64,000 nt of DNA from the human T2T-CHM13v2.0 reference genome, Homo sapiens, in the NCBI RefSeq assembly GCF_009914755.1, contig NC_060930.1. One strand, 5' to 3'. The notes under the pieces are model-generated. The model had not been told where the DNA came from, made no database searches, and was given only the letters and a program-made list of their open reading frames with translations. This document shows positions 47,079 through 60,420 of the stretch, one piece after another. Numbering within the stretch: the stretch's first letter is position 1; every line of letters begins with the position of its first letter. Position numbers and translations under genes: made by a program.

Positions 47079-49332
47079 GTTTTTTTCCTGTCCTTCTCAT
47101 CTGGGACTTGCTGTCATGATTCTGGGCTTCAGAAACCGTATCCCCAGAGCATGTAACACTTATCTTGTCTGTGAAAAATATTAAATGAATGCATATGTAT
47201 GAAATCTGTAGCTTGTTATTAATAATAAATTATAATGCCACTAGAGCTATGAGTCATTCAATTCACAAGTGATTGACTGTTCGTTCATTCATTCTACAGC
47301 CACTGGACATTCATATTCCTATGCCAGTGCCTCTAATGGATATCCCAGAATGTCACTTGGGTTGTGGACACATATGTCTGCCAAGTAAATAATGACTGAT
47401 TTTTTCAGAGTAATTCAGTTATGCTGCTCCCCACCTGTGCCTCCAGAAATCAACAAAAGCAGTAATCCCAGATTTTATTTTTCTTAATTGGCCTACCTGC
47501 ACAGGTTCTCTGACAGTTTTAATGTCTTACTAGCAGCATTTTGTTCAGATGTCAGATTTATGGGGGCTACAGGTCGTACATATTCCTCATAGGAACAAGT
47601 ATTCCCTGGAGTGCTTTCCTGACCTTGCTGGGGTATGATAAGTTGCACATTCCCAGTCAATGAACACTTATTGGTCACGTGCTGTGGGTCAGACTTGATC
47701 ACAGACACTGCTCACTAGATGCTCACGACAATCTGTGAAGTAGGCATTGCTTCCATTTTGCTGATGGAGAAACTGAGGCTTGGGCACCAATATGACTTTC
47801 CCAGAGTGAGCAAGAAGTGGCAGATGTGGAACAGGAAGCCAGGTCTTCTGCCTCTGCTCTCTGCTTCCCTGCTTCCCTGCACTGCCTTTGTAGAGGTTCC
47901 CGTTTTTCCCAATCCTGGCAAGGGTGGCTGTGTCCTGACTCCTCGTGGCAAGGACGGTTGTGTCATTACTCCTCCTGTTCTTACTGCCCACTTCTTCCAG
48001 TGCCTACACCCCCTTTCCGGGGGCCCAGAGTCTTTTGGGCCACAGGGGAATTTTGCTAGAAGATGGAATACACAAAGGCAACCTGCTTAATAATTTGATA
48101 TCTGTAGGCTTTTGCATTTTATTTGCATTCTTAAAGAAAAAGACTCGTAGACTGGGTAAGCAGTGAATATCAACTGCTTACCTTCAGCCTCTATTTCCTA
48201 ACATATAACATGGGGATGAGGATTCATTGATTAGCAAGTCCTCTTAAACTCAGTTCTGTGGCTGTCAAGGTGGGGTTTTAGAGAGTGGCACCCAGCTGGG
48301 AGACAGACTTCAGAACTACAAGTTCGTCTTAGCCCCTCAAACTCTACCACCTGACTGAAGATGCCCTTCTGTTCTGTGAACTTCTTTTCCCAAACTTGGA
48401 TGGTACTGGATACCTCCCTGATTTCACTATTTGATATCAAATCATCTAGTGTGACAGTAACACAATGACACCAGTCCACAACACCTGGGCAAGTGTCTGG
48501 CTTGCTGGATAAACTGCACTTCCCCTTTCCCTTTGCTATATGGAGAGCTGCATCAATCTGGGCTTTCAGGCATTGGTCTCCTTCTAATGAGGGGAATCGA
48601 CCACACAGCTCCAGCATGACCATGCTCACCTATCCCAGCAAATGGGTGCTTATCCCCAGTGGAACCCAGCACAGAACACCCTTAGGAGTAAAATTAGATT
48701 TTGGTGCATGAATGTTATTGACAAAAAAGACTCCCTGCTCAATGCCACTCGGGGACATGAGTCTGAATGTCCCTCCCATGGCCCAGGGGAATGATGTCTG
48801 TATCACCAAACCAGTGCTGGCACCTGGGCCTTGTCACCACTGACAGGGCTGAGAGGAGGTCAGCTGCCGGCTGCTGTACCCGGAACAGGTTTCTAGGGAT
48901 CAGGCAGAGGCAAGAGGCTGGGGAAGCAGCTTGCCTTGCCAGCTCACCAGGCTGCTCTGGAGAGAAATAGAGGGCTTCTATCTCTATTACTGTCAGAGTC
49001 TGGCACTTCTCCCCGGCTCTGAAATTCACAGCAATGGATGGAGGAGGGAGGAGGGAGAAGGAAGGAGGTGCAAGCCAGACAATCAAAACAGCCACAATAT
49101 TTTGGAAGTGGAATATTCCAGCTAGAGAAAATTCTCTAAAGCATTGAGCAGTAGGGCTGGAAGAGGCCCTAGCTAATCCAGCACTCTGGTTTTGTAGAGG
49201 AAATAGTTGAGAGGCAGAAAGACAAAGCAACTTCTCTGAGGTTACAAGGTCAGTAAGGGGCAGAACTGGGACAAGGCTCTGGGTCTTCGGTGCTTTCACC
49301 ACTTAAAAGAAAGCTTTTGCTTTCTTCCTTTA

Positions 49333-49782
<450 letters not shown>

Positions 49783-50899
49783 TTAGTCTAATGATGGAAT
49801 ACAGTTCCCCAAGGATCTTGGGGAGATTTTTGTATGTGTCAAAACATATGGAAAGCAGAAGAAAAGGGGCTTATTCAAAGAAATTTAAAAATTAAAAGAT
49901 TTTTGGAGACCCAGATTCCCCCACCCTCCATAATCCTACAGCAGCATCTTCGCAAGAAATGTTTCCTGTTATATGCATGTGCTGTATCTATGTTCATTTC
50001 ATACAGATTTATGAGATTATAAGTCACTTTTAAGAATAAACGCACACAACCATGTCCAGACAAATGTTGTCTTCTAAAGCGTTTACATTTGCAATTTAAT
50101 TCAACCAATATTTATTGAGGGCCTATGACATGCCAGGCTGTGATCTAGGTACATGGGATACATCAGAGAACAAAACAGAATGTTTGCTCTGATAGATTAT
50201 AGTCTGATAGGGTTAGGGTGGAGCCCAAGAAGAGCCATAAGTAAATCCACTTAGGGGTGAGGAGGTAGGAACTGCTTTGGAAATTGAGCCACATGGAGGA
50301 GGATAAGGAGGTGGAGAGGTTGGGCATGCAATTTTCAATAGGGCTATCAATAGGCTTAAGAAGTCAGGGTTGCCAACATTTCCCATTCCCCAAGCCTGCT
50401 TCCCCTTCCCTTGGAGCTTGTGCAGGCACTGAGCCAGTTTAAACAACACACACCTGACGGTCAGTGCCCAGTAAGTACTTGTTGACCAAATGACCAAATG
50501 AAGGGGGACTTTGTTTCTGGGCCCAGTGAAGGTTCCCCCTTGATCCCCTGGATTACCCAGTCATGACTCCTGGAGACTTGGCTATTTTCAAAAACCAGGC
50601 ACACCCCCAAGAGGTGAAGAGTCCCCATTATAGAGGCCACCAGAGTAGAGAGATGGTTCCAGAGACATGTGGAGCACTAACAACATGCTGGAGAAAAGAC
50701 AACCACGCCTAAGGTGTCTGGTCTGAGAAGGAGACAGGAGTGTTTGGATGCATAAGGTGTGAATGGGTATCCATAAGTATAGATAAATATATTTACAGTC
50801 ATTGGTGAGCTGACGGGGGAAGGGAGGGAGAAGAGCGAAAAAGGGTTAATGATAGGGAGAAGGCTGCGAGAGCCATCCTCTAGTGAGAAATACCGAAGG

Positions 50900-51600
50900 T
50901 AGGCTGCGGCATTGCCAGGGGTGCAGAACAGTGTGGCGCGCTGTCGGGAGACACAGTGCTAAGGGGGAGAAGGGGGGAGCCCCAGGTGCACGCCTGGCTG
51001 GGTGAGTGCGGCGGGCAGGAGCCCTCGCTTCTGGGCGGGTCTAAGGAGGAGAAGTGGCTCGAGTTCAGCTCCAAATTGGGACGGAGGCAGGCGATGCGCA
51101 GGAGTGGGGAGGCGCGCAGGAGTGGGGAGCCAAGCCGGCGGGGTTCCAGTCTAGCAGGCTGTTCTCACTTGGCCCCACTCCCTCCACCTTTTGTGTTCCA
51201 GCTCCATAATCTGCTCCCTGAGGAAAGGGGGCTCGTCCCTTGGGGAAGCACCTCCAACTCCCCCATCCCCATTTGGTGGCATTCTAAGCAAGCAACGGCT
51301 TCGGGAGAGCTGCCTCGAGAGCCTGAGAGAAGTCCCGCTTAGAAGCTGGGCTGGGCAGGTGCGGAGTTGGGGGCGGGAAGCCAGGATTGGGCAAGTGGAG
51401 CTGCCTGTGACCGGCGCCACAGGGCCCAGAGCAAGCCGCTTGCTGGTTCAACCAGGAAACCGAGGTGCAGAAGGTGGACGCAGCGGGCCCTGGCTCATAG
51501 GGTGCAGGGGCGGTGGCTTACCTGCAGGCGCTCCCCTCCAGAGGTGCCCTCGCGTGGGCTTGCTCTGTGCGCCTCGGGGACTTCCTCAAACGGACTCGGG
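50900..51600. promoter_or_regulatory. CpG-enriched region over exon 1 and the 5' part of intron 1, including GC box GGGGCGG at 51507-51513
   Basis: Visibly high GC and CpG density compared with the CpG-poor remainder of the window (judged by eye, not computed). Confidence 0.65.
51522..51597 (-). other. F13A1: F13A1 exon 1 (non-coding 5' UTR); 5' boundary approximate
   Basis: Minus strand ...GGGGAGCGCCTGCAG|GTAAGC is a strong donor (GT at 51521-51520). It matches the remembered F13A1 5' UTR and contains no upstream ATG. Confidence 0.9.
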
Positions 51601-51900
51601 AAAGACAAGACAGTTGGCTCTTAAATAACTTCCTAAGAGGAGCCCTCACCCTCCTCCCCTGTCCCACAGGGTTTTCTCCTCCCCCTTCTCCACAGCTGGA
51701 GCCAGTAGGGGAGCTCAGAGGATTTTCTATTTACTTCATCTGGCCTGTTATCCCGGCAGGTGCGCCCTTCTCTCCCACTTGCCCCTCTGACTCCCAATTT
51801 CCCATTCCCACTTCTCCTCCCCATCCCCACCCCTAGATCTGCCCTCCCCACCGCAACCAGTTGCTGGGAGTACCAGGCAAGGGGCCCTGCAGTGCCAGGA
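51570..51900 (-). promoter_or_regulatory. F13A1 core/proximal promoter
   Basis: TATA-like TATTTAA (minus strand, 51627-51621) lies ~25-30 nt upstream of exon 1. Also present: an NF1 half-site TTGGC (51614-51618), Ets/PU.1-type GAGGAAGT (minus, 51587-51580) and G/C-rich tracts. Confidence 0.75.
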
Positions 51901-52309
51901 AGTCCCCACCCGTCCCCTTTGGTCAGAGGGTCTGGGAGGGTTTCCTTTACAAAGGAATGCTTTTGCCTGGCAGGTCAGCTGCTACTGTGGCTTGGCAGGA
52001 GGGGGGTCTGCCCTCCCACAGACAGGTCACACAGACAGTTGTGACCATGCATGCAGTGAGAGCAACGTGTCCCTCCTGTGCAAATAAGGCATGGTCTGCA
52101 TTCCTGAATCATCCCAGAGCCACAGCCACCGCCTAACCACAAGACTTCCTGCAGGAATGGGATGCCTAGCCCCAAGGAAGATGAGTAAACATCTTTAATA
52201 ATGCCATGCAGATTAGAAAATAACACTTGGTTTTCTCTGAAAATCATTTTAGTGCATGTTCAAAAATTAGAAAATTTTCCCCCTAAAATTTTAATTTTTT
52301 TCTTTTACT

Positions 52310-52333
52310 CTTTCTTTCTTTCTTTCTTTCTTT
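52310..52333 (-). repeat. HUMF13A01 tetranucleotide STR, (AAAG)6
   Basis: Six CTTT units on the + strand. The flanks match the recalled primer sites ATGCCATGCAGATTAGAAA (52201) and the reverse complement of GAGGTTGCACTCCAGCCTTT (ending 52391), spanning 191 bp. Confidence 0.9.
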
Positions 52334-52605
52334 CATCTTTCTATCTTTCAGATGAAGTCTTGCTCTGTTGCAAAGGCTGGAGTGCAACCTCCACCTCCCG
52401 GGTTCAAGTGGTTCTTCTGCCTCAGCCTCCCAAGTAGCTGGAACTACAGGTGCATGCCACCATGCCCGCCTAATTTTTGTATTTTTAGTAGAGATGGGGC
52501 TTTACCATGTTGGCCAGGCTGGTCTCGAACTTCTGACCTCAGGTGATCCACCCTCCTTGGCTTCCCAAAGTGTTGGGATTACAGGCGTGAGCCACCGCAC
52601 CCAGT
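52334..52605 (-). mobile_element. AluS with internal deletion, whose tail region contains the F13A01 STR
   Basis: Alu consensus in which GGAGTGCA joins directly to ACCTCC. Confidence 0.92.
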
Positions 52606-55295
52606 CAAACATGGCTATTTCTAACCTTCTTTACTGTCTTCAAATTTCTGACCCTGCCACTCAATCTCCCAATGTTATAAAGAAGAAAAAAAAAGATGCC
52701 ATTGGTTAGAAATTCTCTCAATTTTCTGCTACCAATCTATGAACCTGCCTGCAACCTTATCTATCTTTTCCTCTTTCTTCTTGTTACTGAAGTTGGAAAG
52801 GTCCCTCCTCCCTCTGCATCTCCAAACCAGGCTTCTGCGTTGCCTTGTTCTCCGGGGCTTTGCTGTGACTCTTACGTACTCTTCCTCTTGCAGCTTCAAG
52901 CTCCTGCTTGCTAATAGTGGGTCTTCTCAGCATTCATGCAATTTCAGGTCTCTTCAGTATTTTTTTAAAAACCTCCCCCAACCTATGTCCCCACTCCTGC
53001 TGTTACTCCTCCTCTCCTCCCCTTCATCACTAAGTATCTGCCATCTGGCTTCCGCCTCATCATTCTACTGAAAGTGGAGGTCACGGTCTCCAAGGCCTGT
53101 GCTCAGGCCAAAAGACAGGATTCAGTTCTTATTTACCTGACCTTTTGGAAGCATTGAACTCTGTCTTTGAAGGTATTTTTCCTAGGCCTCCTTGACATTG
53201 AACACTCTGTGGTTTCCTCCAGTGCAGCGCAATATTCCTTGATTGTCTGAGGAACTCCCATAGTTTTCAAATTCCATCTATATCCTGACACCTCCCAAAT
53301 CTGGGTCTTTAGCCAAGATCTTTTCCAGAATTGCAGATTCCCGTATCTAAGTGCCTACTGGCTATCCTCATTTGTCACATCCCAGTGACAACACACGCTC
53401 ATCATGTCTAACATGAGATGTATCACTTTCCTGGAAAACCTGGTGCATCTCAGGAGTTCCCTACCTCAATGAATACCATCACTTTGCACGCAGGTGGTAC
53501 ACCAGACACATGGGCATCATTCTTCAGGCTTCCTTGTTTCTCTCCCTCAATCATCAAATCCGATCCTTGAGCAAATATTTGCTATCCTACCTCTTAAACA
53601 GCCCTTGAATCTACCCGTGTATGTACCCCTTTCCAGTCCATTCTCTACAGTGCAGTCAGAATGAGCATTTCAGGGCTAAAATCCGAAATCAAATTATTTG
53701 CACAAAGCCCTTATATGGCTACTTCTCTTTGCTTTTTGGATAAATTGCAAGCTGAAACTGACAAGGCCTATACAAGCTGGACCCTGCCTCTAGCACTGCT
53801 CTTTCCCTCAGCATCCATACAATTTGAGGTCTCCAGTATTTTTAAAAAACCTTCCCCCAACACCAATCTACCCTCCCTGCCTTCCACTGTTGTTTCTCCT
53901 CTCCTCCTCTTCATCACTAAGCTTCTGCCATTTGGCTTCCATCTTTCTTCCCTATCATCTTCCTCTGCCATCTTTCTTCCCTGCCCAGTCTCCCTCCACT
54001 GACTCCCCAGTTGTCTTGCAAGGAGTTTGCCTTGTTGTAGTGCTCCTCACACTGCATGATCATTTTCTGTTTCCTTGGCTGTACCTGCACTAGAGTACAA
54101 AAAGGTAGGGACTCCAGCCAGAGTTCCCTGGAGAGAGGCTGCTGACCACTTAACTATCCAAAGGCCGTCTTTGCCACATCCCTTGCTGAGTGCTAGAGAA
54201 AGACCCTAAAGATGTCTAGCACTGCTTCCCCTCAGCATTCATACAATTTCAGGTCTCCTCAGTATTTTTTAAACCCTCCCCCAATCCTTAACGATCATAT
54301 TCTGGTAGTTCTCCTGGCAAACATCAAATCTGAGTGTCTAGAATTCCAAGATACCCTCATCCATGTGGGGTTGGAGGATGAGCAGCCACCCTTGCACCCT
54401 TCAGATGAGGTTACGCAGATGCCAGGTACCCCTGGGACTTGGGGTTGAGTTGTGCATTCAGAACAGGATTGTCACCCTCACAACCACCTCCACGGTGTCA
54501 CTTTTGGCCTTAGACTAATTATTGGCTTTGTGAACATACACACACAGTGGTTGGCTTTCTGACTCCCCCAAACCACTAACCTCAAGAGCATCATAAATGC
54601 AATGGCTTTCCTTGTGCTAAACAAAGTCGATAAAAATGTGTCTAAGCCACCAAGCCCTAGAATGCGGTTGAAGCCCATTCATTTTACAGGGTATTCCTCA
54701 TGGTTATATGGCTGAGACATCAGAACAAAGGTTTCTGGTCACACTGTGAATCTTGAACTGTGCTAGGGATGCAACTTCCACAGGTGCATAGGCTCTGAGG
54801 TCCTTAAGGATGGGATGGTGTCTTTTATTTCTGAATGCCCCCTGCCTGGCATGGAAGTGGAGCCATGTAAATATTTAAGGCATGTAACAGACGGGGTTCA
54901 TCCAGGAAAACAAAAACCACTTTAGGTCTTTCTAAAAGAAGGAATTTAAGGCAGGGGATTGGTTACACAGGTGAGAGAAGAGACAAGAAACCAAACACGA
55001 GAAGGTGAATCAACTCCACAATTAGCAACAGCAGAGAGGAGTTGGTGTCGTTGTAGCGGGAGGACTGAGGGTAGGTCAGGCACTGGAACCGTGTGGTCCT
55101 GTCTGGTGGGAGCTTTAGATCCCATAATTCCAAGAAACACTGTCTGAGGTCAAGAGGGAGGGAAGAATGATCCTAGCTTGTCCCTTTCTTCCCGCTCCCT
55201 CTCCCTCCCTTGTCTGCCGTTTTGCTGAACTCCACTAGAATCAGTTGACAAAGGACTCTGGAAAATACCGCCTGCAAAGTTAGCCCCACCACTCC

Positions 55296-55872
55296 TGTGC
55301 TGGGGCCCCAAGGCTACCCCCAGGTTCTGTGATTCACTAGGAGGACTCACCAGACTCGGCCACCCACGTAGCTATGATCAGATACAAATGTACATATATC
55401 ATATATACTACACGATAAATCATGACGAAAAGATACAAATCCAAATCAGCAGAGAAAAGGCACTTGGGCAAAGTCTGGAGGACCAGGCAGAAGTTCCCAA
55501 AGGTCCTGTCCTAATCAAGGCACATGGGCTGTGCCTACCAACCCTGGCAATGAGTTGTGACAACACTGATATAATGTCATCTGCCAGGGATGCTCACCAG
55601 AGGCTCAGTGCTCAGGGTGTTTATGGGGGGCTGGTCACATAGGTACCCTCTACCTAGCTCATAGCCATTTTCCAGACTCCCTGAAGGAAGCAGGTGTTAA
55701 GCATGAGCCACAATTTTTGTACAGTTTAGGCCCAGCCAGCCCCACTTGTCAGTTAGGGAACAGTGGGAAGACTCCTGAAGTCCAAGTTCCCAGATGCCAG
55801 ACAAGGGCCAAGCTTGCAAGTAGGGCTTTCTAAGCCAGTTTCAGGTTTGCTATGTTAACTCTTTACTGCATC
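55296..55872. mobile_element. MER21-like LTR, preceded by another LTR-like remnant (~54880-55290)
   Basis: GATTCACTAGGAGGACTCAC and AAGTTCCCAGATGCCAG...GCTATGTTAACTCTTT motifs. Confidence 0.65.
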
Positions 55873-57239
55873 CATACAGGGAAAGGGTGAGGAAAGGCTC
55901 TCTGGGCAAACAGTTCCAGGACTGCCACAACACACTGTGCTCTTTCATCATGGCATGGCCAGTCCCTCACATGAGATGTCAATAGGCCTGGAGCACGAGG
56001 AGACTCCAATGAGAACGTCACAAGGGTAATCCAGTTCTGCCCCTACTTTCTTGGCCTTACCAGCTCAGCATGAGACCTCCAAGGAGACGTGAACTCCCTC
56101 TGGCTGCACGGGCCTGGGCATACCTTCTCACTCTTCTGAAGCTGAAGGGCTCACCCCATTGCCTCCCCAAGAAGCAGGGTAAAAATTCCTAAACACATCA
56201 CTCTGGGATCCTGGCGTCTGTCAGAAATATGTAGTAAACTTTGGGAGTTGTGAGTAAACAGAAAATACGTGGGAGGAGGGATTCCGGATCCCCTTACCTT
56301 GATCCTTTAATTCTGAGTTTTCATTTCTATGGTATTGACACTTTTCTCTGCAGTCTCTCCAGACAAACCATCTTTCTCCTACTTGGCAATACCCAAGGAG
56401 CAGACCATATTTGTTCAGGCAATGAATTTTCTGGCAAACTCTATTCGATTTACATGCAAAACTTCACATCTCAAACAAACAAACAAAAAACCCAGTCATG
56501 TCTGGACGCTGCTGGTTTTTTCCAGCTGAACAAGACCTGGATTTTGTTGGTTATAGATGTAATTCCAGAGGGAGGTGAGTAGATACATAAATAACAACTG
56601 GCCTTGTTCAAAGATGCCAGACCCTCTGACATGAATGACCCAAGTTCGTCTCTTGGGAGAGTCTTTCTCCTGCACTGCCCTTCATCCTGTAGGAGCTGGA
56701 GAAAACTTTCCACTCCAGATGGAAGTGTCCTGGGGGAGAGGATGGAAGGGAGGCTGGGTGGGCAGTTTGTAGTCAGGTTCTAGCCACAGTAGTGAGCAGT
56801 GGGGGAAGGCAAGCGGCCCTCTGTATCCATTCACATATTTTTCAAAGCCTCACGAGCGTTTTCACAAAGTCTGGCAATGACATTTTAAAAGGAATTTATA
56901 AAGCATCATCGCAGTTGCCACCACAATAGGGCGTGGGATCTAAGACAGGACCATGTCTCCCACAGCCTCTTTTCCTTCTTCTTTCAGGAAAGATGAAAAC
57001 CCATGCCAGGGACAGGTCCAGATGGCAGGAGTTTTCTCTTTGCTTTGGCTTCCCTGGGCATAGCCCACTCTTGCCAGGGATCTACAATCACCTGTAATCT
57101 ACCTTCCCGAGGAGCAGTGATGGATTGCTGGGGGCTGCCTCACCTCATGGCAGGCAAATGGAAGAAAGCTGTTCTCGCCTTAGGAAAGAAAGATTTAACT
57201 AATGTACCCACCTTCTTACAGTAAATATCTCTGTCTTAA

Positions 57240-57400
57240 AAAAAATTTTAATTGTGGTAAAATACACATAAAATTTATAATCTTAACCATTTTTCAGTAT
57301 ACAATTCAGTAGTGTTAAGGCTATTCATGGTATTGTATGACCCATCTCCAGAATGTTTCTGTCTTGCAAAACTGAAACTCTGTTTCCATTAAACAACTCC
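57240..57400 (-). mobile_element. L1MB 3' end fragment
   Basis: TTGTGGTAAAATACACATAAAATTTA...AACTGAAACTCTGT. Confidence 0.75.
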
Positions 57401-57402
57401 CT

Positions 57403-57636
57403 GTGAATATGTGTGTCTGTGTGTGTCTGGCTATATATTTGTGAGTGTATATGTCTGTCTGCATGTGACTGTGCACACATCTGTGTGAGCGACTGAGTGT
57501 GTCTGAGTATCTGTGTGTATGGGTATTTCTGAGCATGTATGCCTCTGTGTGTATGCATTGTCTATGTGAGTGTATGTGTCTGTGAGTGTGTGCACATCTG
57601 TGTGAGCAAGTGTGCCGTGCATATGAGCGAGTATGC
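57403..57636 (+). repeat. Degenerate (TG)n array
   Basis: Directly visible. Confidence 0.9.
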
Positions 57637-58826
57637 AGGTGGAAGGGAAGGACTGAGGAAGCACTGAGGGTTTAGCTCCAGAAAACTTTCTCCACTGGCT
57701 TCCTAACTCCTCCAGAGTCCTGATGGAGTTTAAGGAGACTCCAAGAGATTTTTAAACTTGAAAAGACTTTATAAAACATGACGAAGGGTCAACTAGAAGT
57801 AGGTCTGTTACAGATAACGATTTTTCAAGTTTAAAGGAAAGAAATTTCATAAAAAATGAAAAATTCATAAAAAAAGAAAATTTCATAAAAAATGCTAGAA
57901 ACACCCACAGTGGGAAGAGACATCAGTCATGCCAGCCTCACTGCATATGACACAGATGCATGCATGGTTTAATTCAATACTTTTCCTTAAGTGAAGCAAG
58001 AGACCCCACATCCACCCATCCCAAGTATCTCACTTTGCCAGAGGAAAAATTCAATGATAACAAAACATTATGAAAAAATTAGTAATTAAAATAATACAGC
58101 AATGTGTATGAACAAAATAATCAATGAAAGTGAAACCTAATAGTAATTCCACAAACTTATTACAAAGCTATTAATTTAAAGAGTAGTGGCAATTGAAAAC
58201 CACAACCAACACCAGATAATGGGGATGCTATAAAAACAATGCTTGCTTCAGTAAAACTATCAGAATGCTGACTAAATGTGTATGCACATATGTGTGCATG
58301 TGTGTGTGTGTGTGTGTGTACAAGTACAGTAGGAGCTTTGGAGTGTTCCCAAGAGTAATATGGCAGCTGGAGTTAGAATCTACTATCTATGTAACCTTGG
58401 GCACATTACTTAACCTCACCTGTAAAATGGTGATCCTAATAATGTATACCTCACAAGATTATGAAGATCAAAGAAGAGAATACCTATAAAAAGGTTTGTA
58501 TAGTCCCTGGCAAGAAGCTAGCTCTAAATAAATATTACCAGTAATGGTATGTGTGCACTGGACAACCTTCACTCATCCATGATGAATATTTTAACTTTTT
58601 GTAATAGTTATTACCTGTATTTTCTCATTATCATCCTCATATCAGGGAAGTGAATATTTAAGTTGCTAATAATTTTGGATAATTTGAAGAGGCCATTATC
58701 AGCATTTATTGCAGTATTTTCTGTCTAGAACCTCTTCAAGAGCTTCATGTGCAATTCATGCTTGTCAAGGGGTGAGATTTATAATTGGCTGGTTGTGGTT
58801 GTATATGTGAGGATATGTATATGTGA

Positions 58827-59119
<293 letters not shown>

Positions 59120-60280
59120 AATGCCTTCCATTTTTAAGCTATATAAGAAAGATGTCTGGGGAGTGGGTCAGAGACTGATTTTATTTGATATATACCAAGT
59201 GAAGGGACCAGCTTCCACATGGTTGCCAGTGAAGGGACCAGCTTCCACATGTTGCCAGTTCTTTCTGGAAGCCCACATCCAGGTAGGCTTCCTGGGCAGA
59301 CCCACGGGCATCTCACCAAACTCTTCTAATGAGGTCTGTGGCTATGGGTCAGCAGGGTGCCCCTGTCTTGGGCACTCTTGCCCAAGAGTGCCGCTGCCCT
59401 CTGTTGTAGTCGCACAACTGCACCTTCTTGCTGATGAGGTGAAGCACTAACACAAGGCCAGAAATGGAAGGGACATGATGTCAGCTGGAGTCTTCCTAAC
59501 AGCAGAACTTCTGGATAATGATCTATGAATTTCTAAGGAAAGCCAAAGGCCATTGCATAATCGCATGTGTGGGTGCTAAAACAGCCAAATAAAGGGGCAA
59601 GTTCTCCTTTCTTTGATGCTCCCTCAGCAATTTCTGCAGTGAAGTTTCAGATAACTGTGCCAGAGCCCTTCCTGTGAAAGTGTTTCTTGTTAATGCATTT
59701 CTCCTCTCACAATGGTAACTATAAGTGGTTAAAATAGCATCAGAAACACTAACTCTATCATATGGACATATATCATGATTCACTAAAAATATTTCCCACA
59801 ATGCAGTTTTAACTTAAACAAAAGTTGTTTATATATACGTGTGTGTGTGCATGTGTGTATTAATAAATATAGACAGTGTAACTTACCCAGAAGAGTTCCT
59901 TATGCCTATGTTCTGAAAAAGACAGCACAGATGCCCAAAAATATAAGAAATTTTATAAGGGGCTTTTAGTGGTCCAAGATTCTCCTGCTGGCTTCTATGA
60001 GTGATAATGATCTAGAATTCTTCGAAAAGCCAAAAAGAAGTCTTCCAACAGCCATGACTTAATAAAGTCCATTGTCCCTGATTATTCAAACTCCTTCTGA
60101 TTGTTCCATCTGATTTCATGATCACAAAGCCTATGAAAACTTTCTGTTCTGGGAAACAGAATCAATAATGTTTTATAAGCTTAACTGTGTGATATGATGT
60201 GATATTGTGTTTTATGGAATTGGACATGGCCTATGTCTCTACTATATTTTCACCTTGTATGCAACCTCCTGGGATACCAT

Positions 60281-60420
60281 TACATATATATATATATATG
60301 TGTATACACACACACACATATATATATACACAAATACATATATATACACATATATGTGTGTGTGTGTATATCTGCTATATACATATATATGCTATATATA
60401 TATACACACACACATATTAT
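60281..60420. repeat. Compound (TA)/(CA)/(TG) microsatellite
   Basis: Directly visible. Confidence 0.93.

Noticed and set aside
48739-49302. 187-aa ORF in intron 2
   Set aside because: Non-ATG start, no homology I recognise and no clear exon boundaries.
57321-57664. His/Thr-rich ORFs (also at 20.3, 25.5 and 60.2 kb)
   Set aside because: Translations of CA/TG/TA microsatellites.
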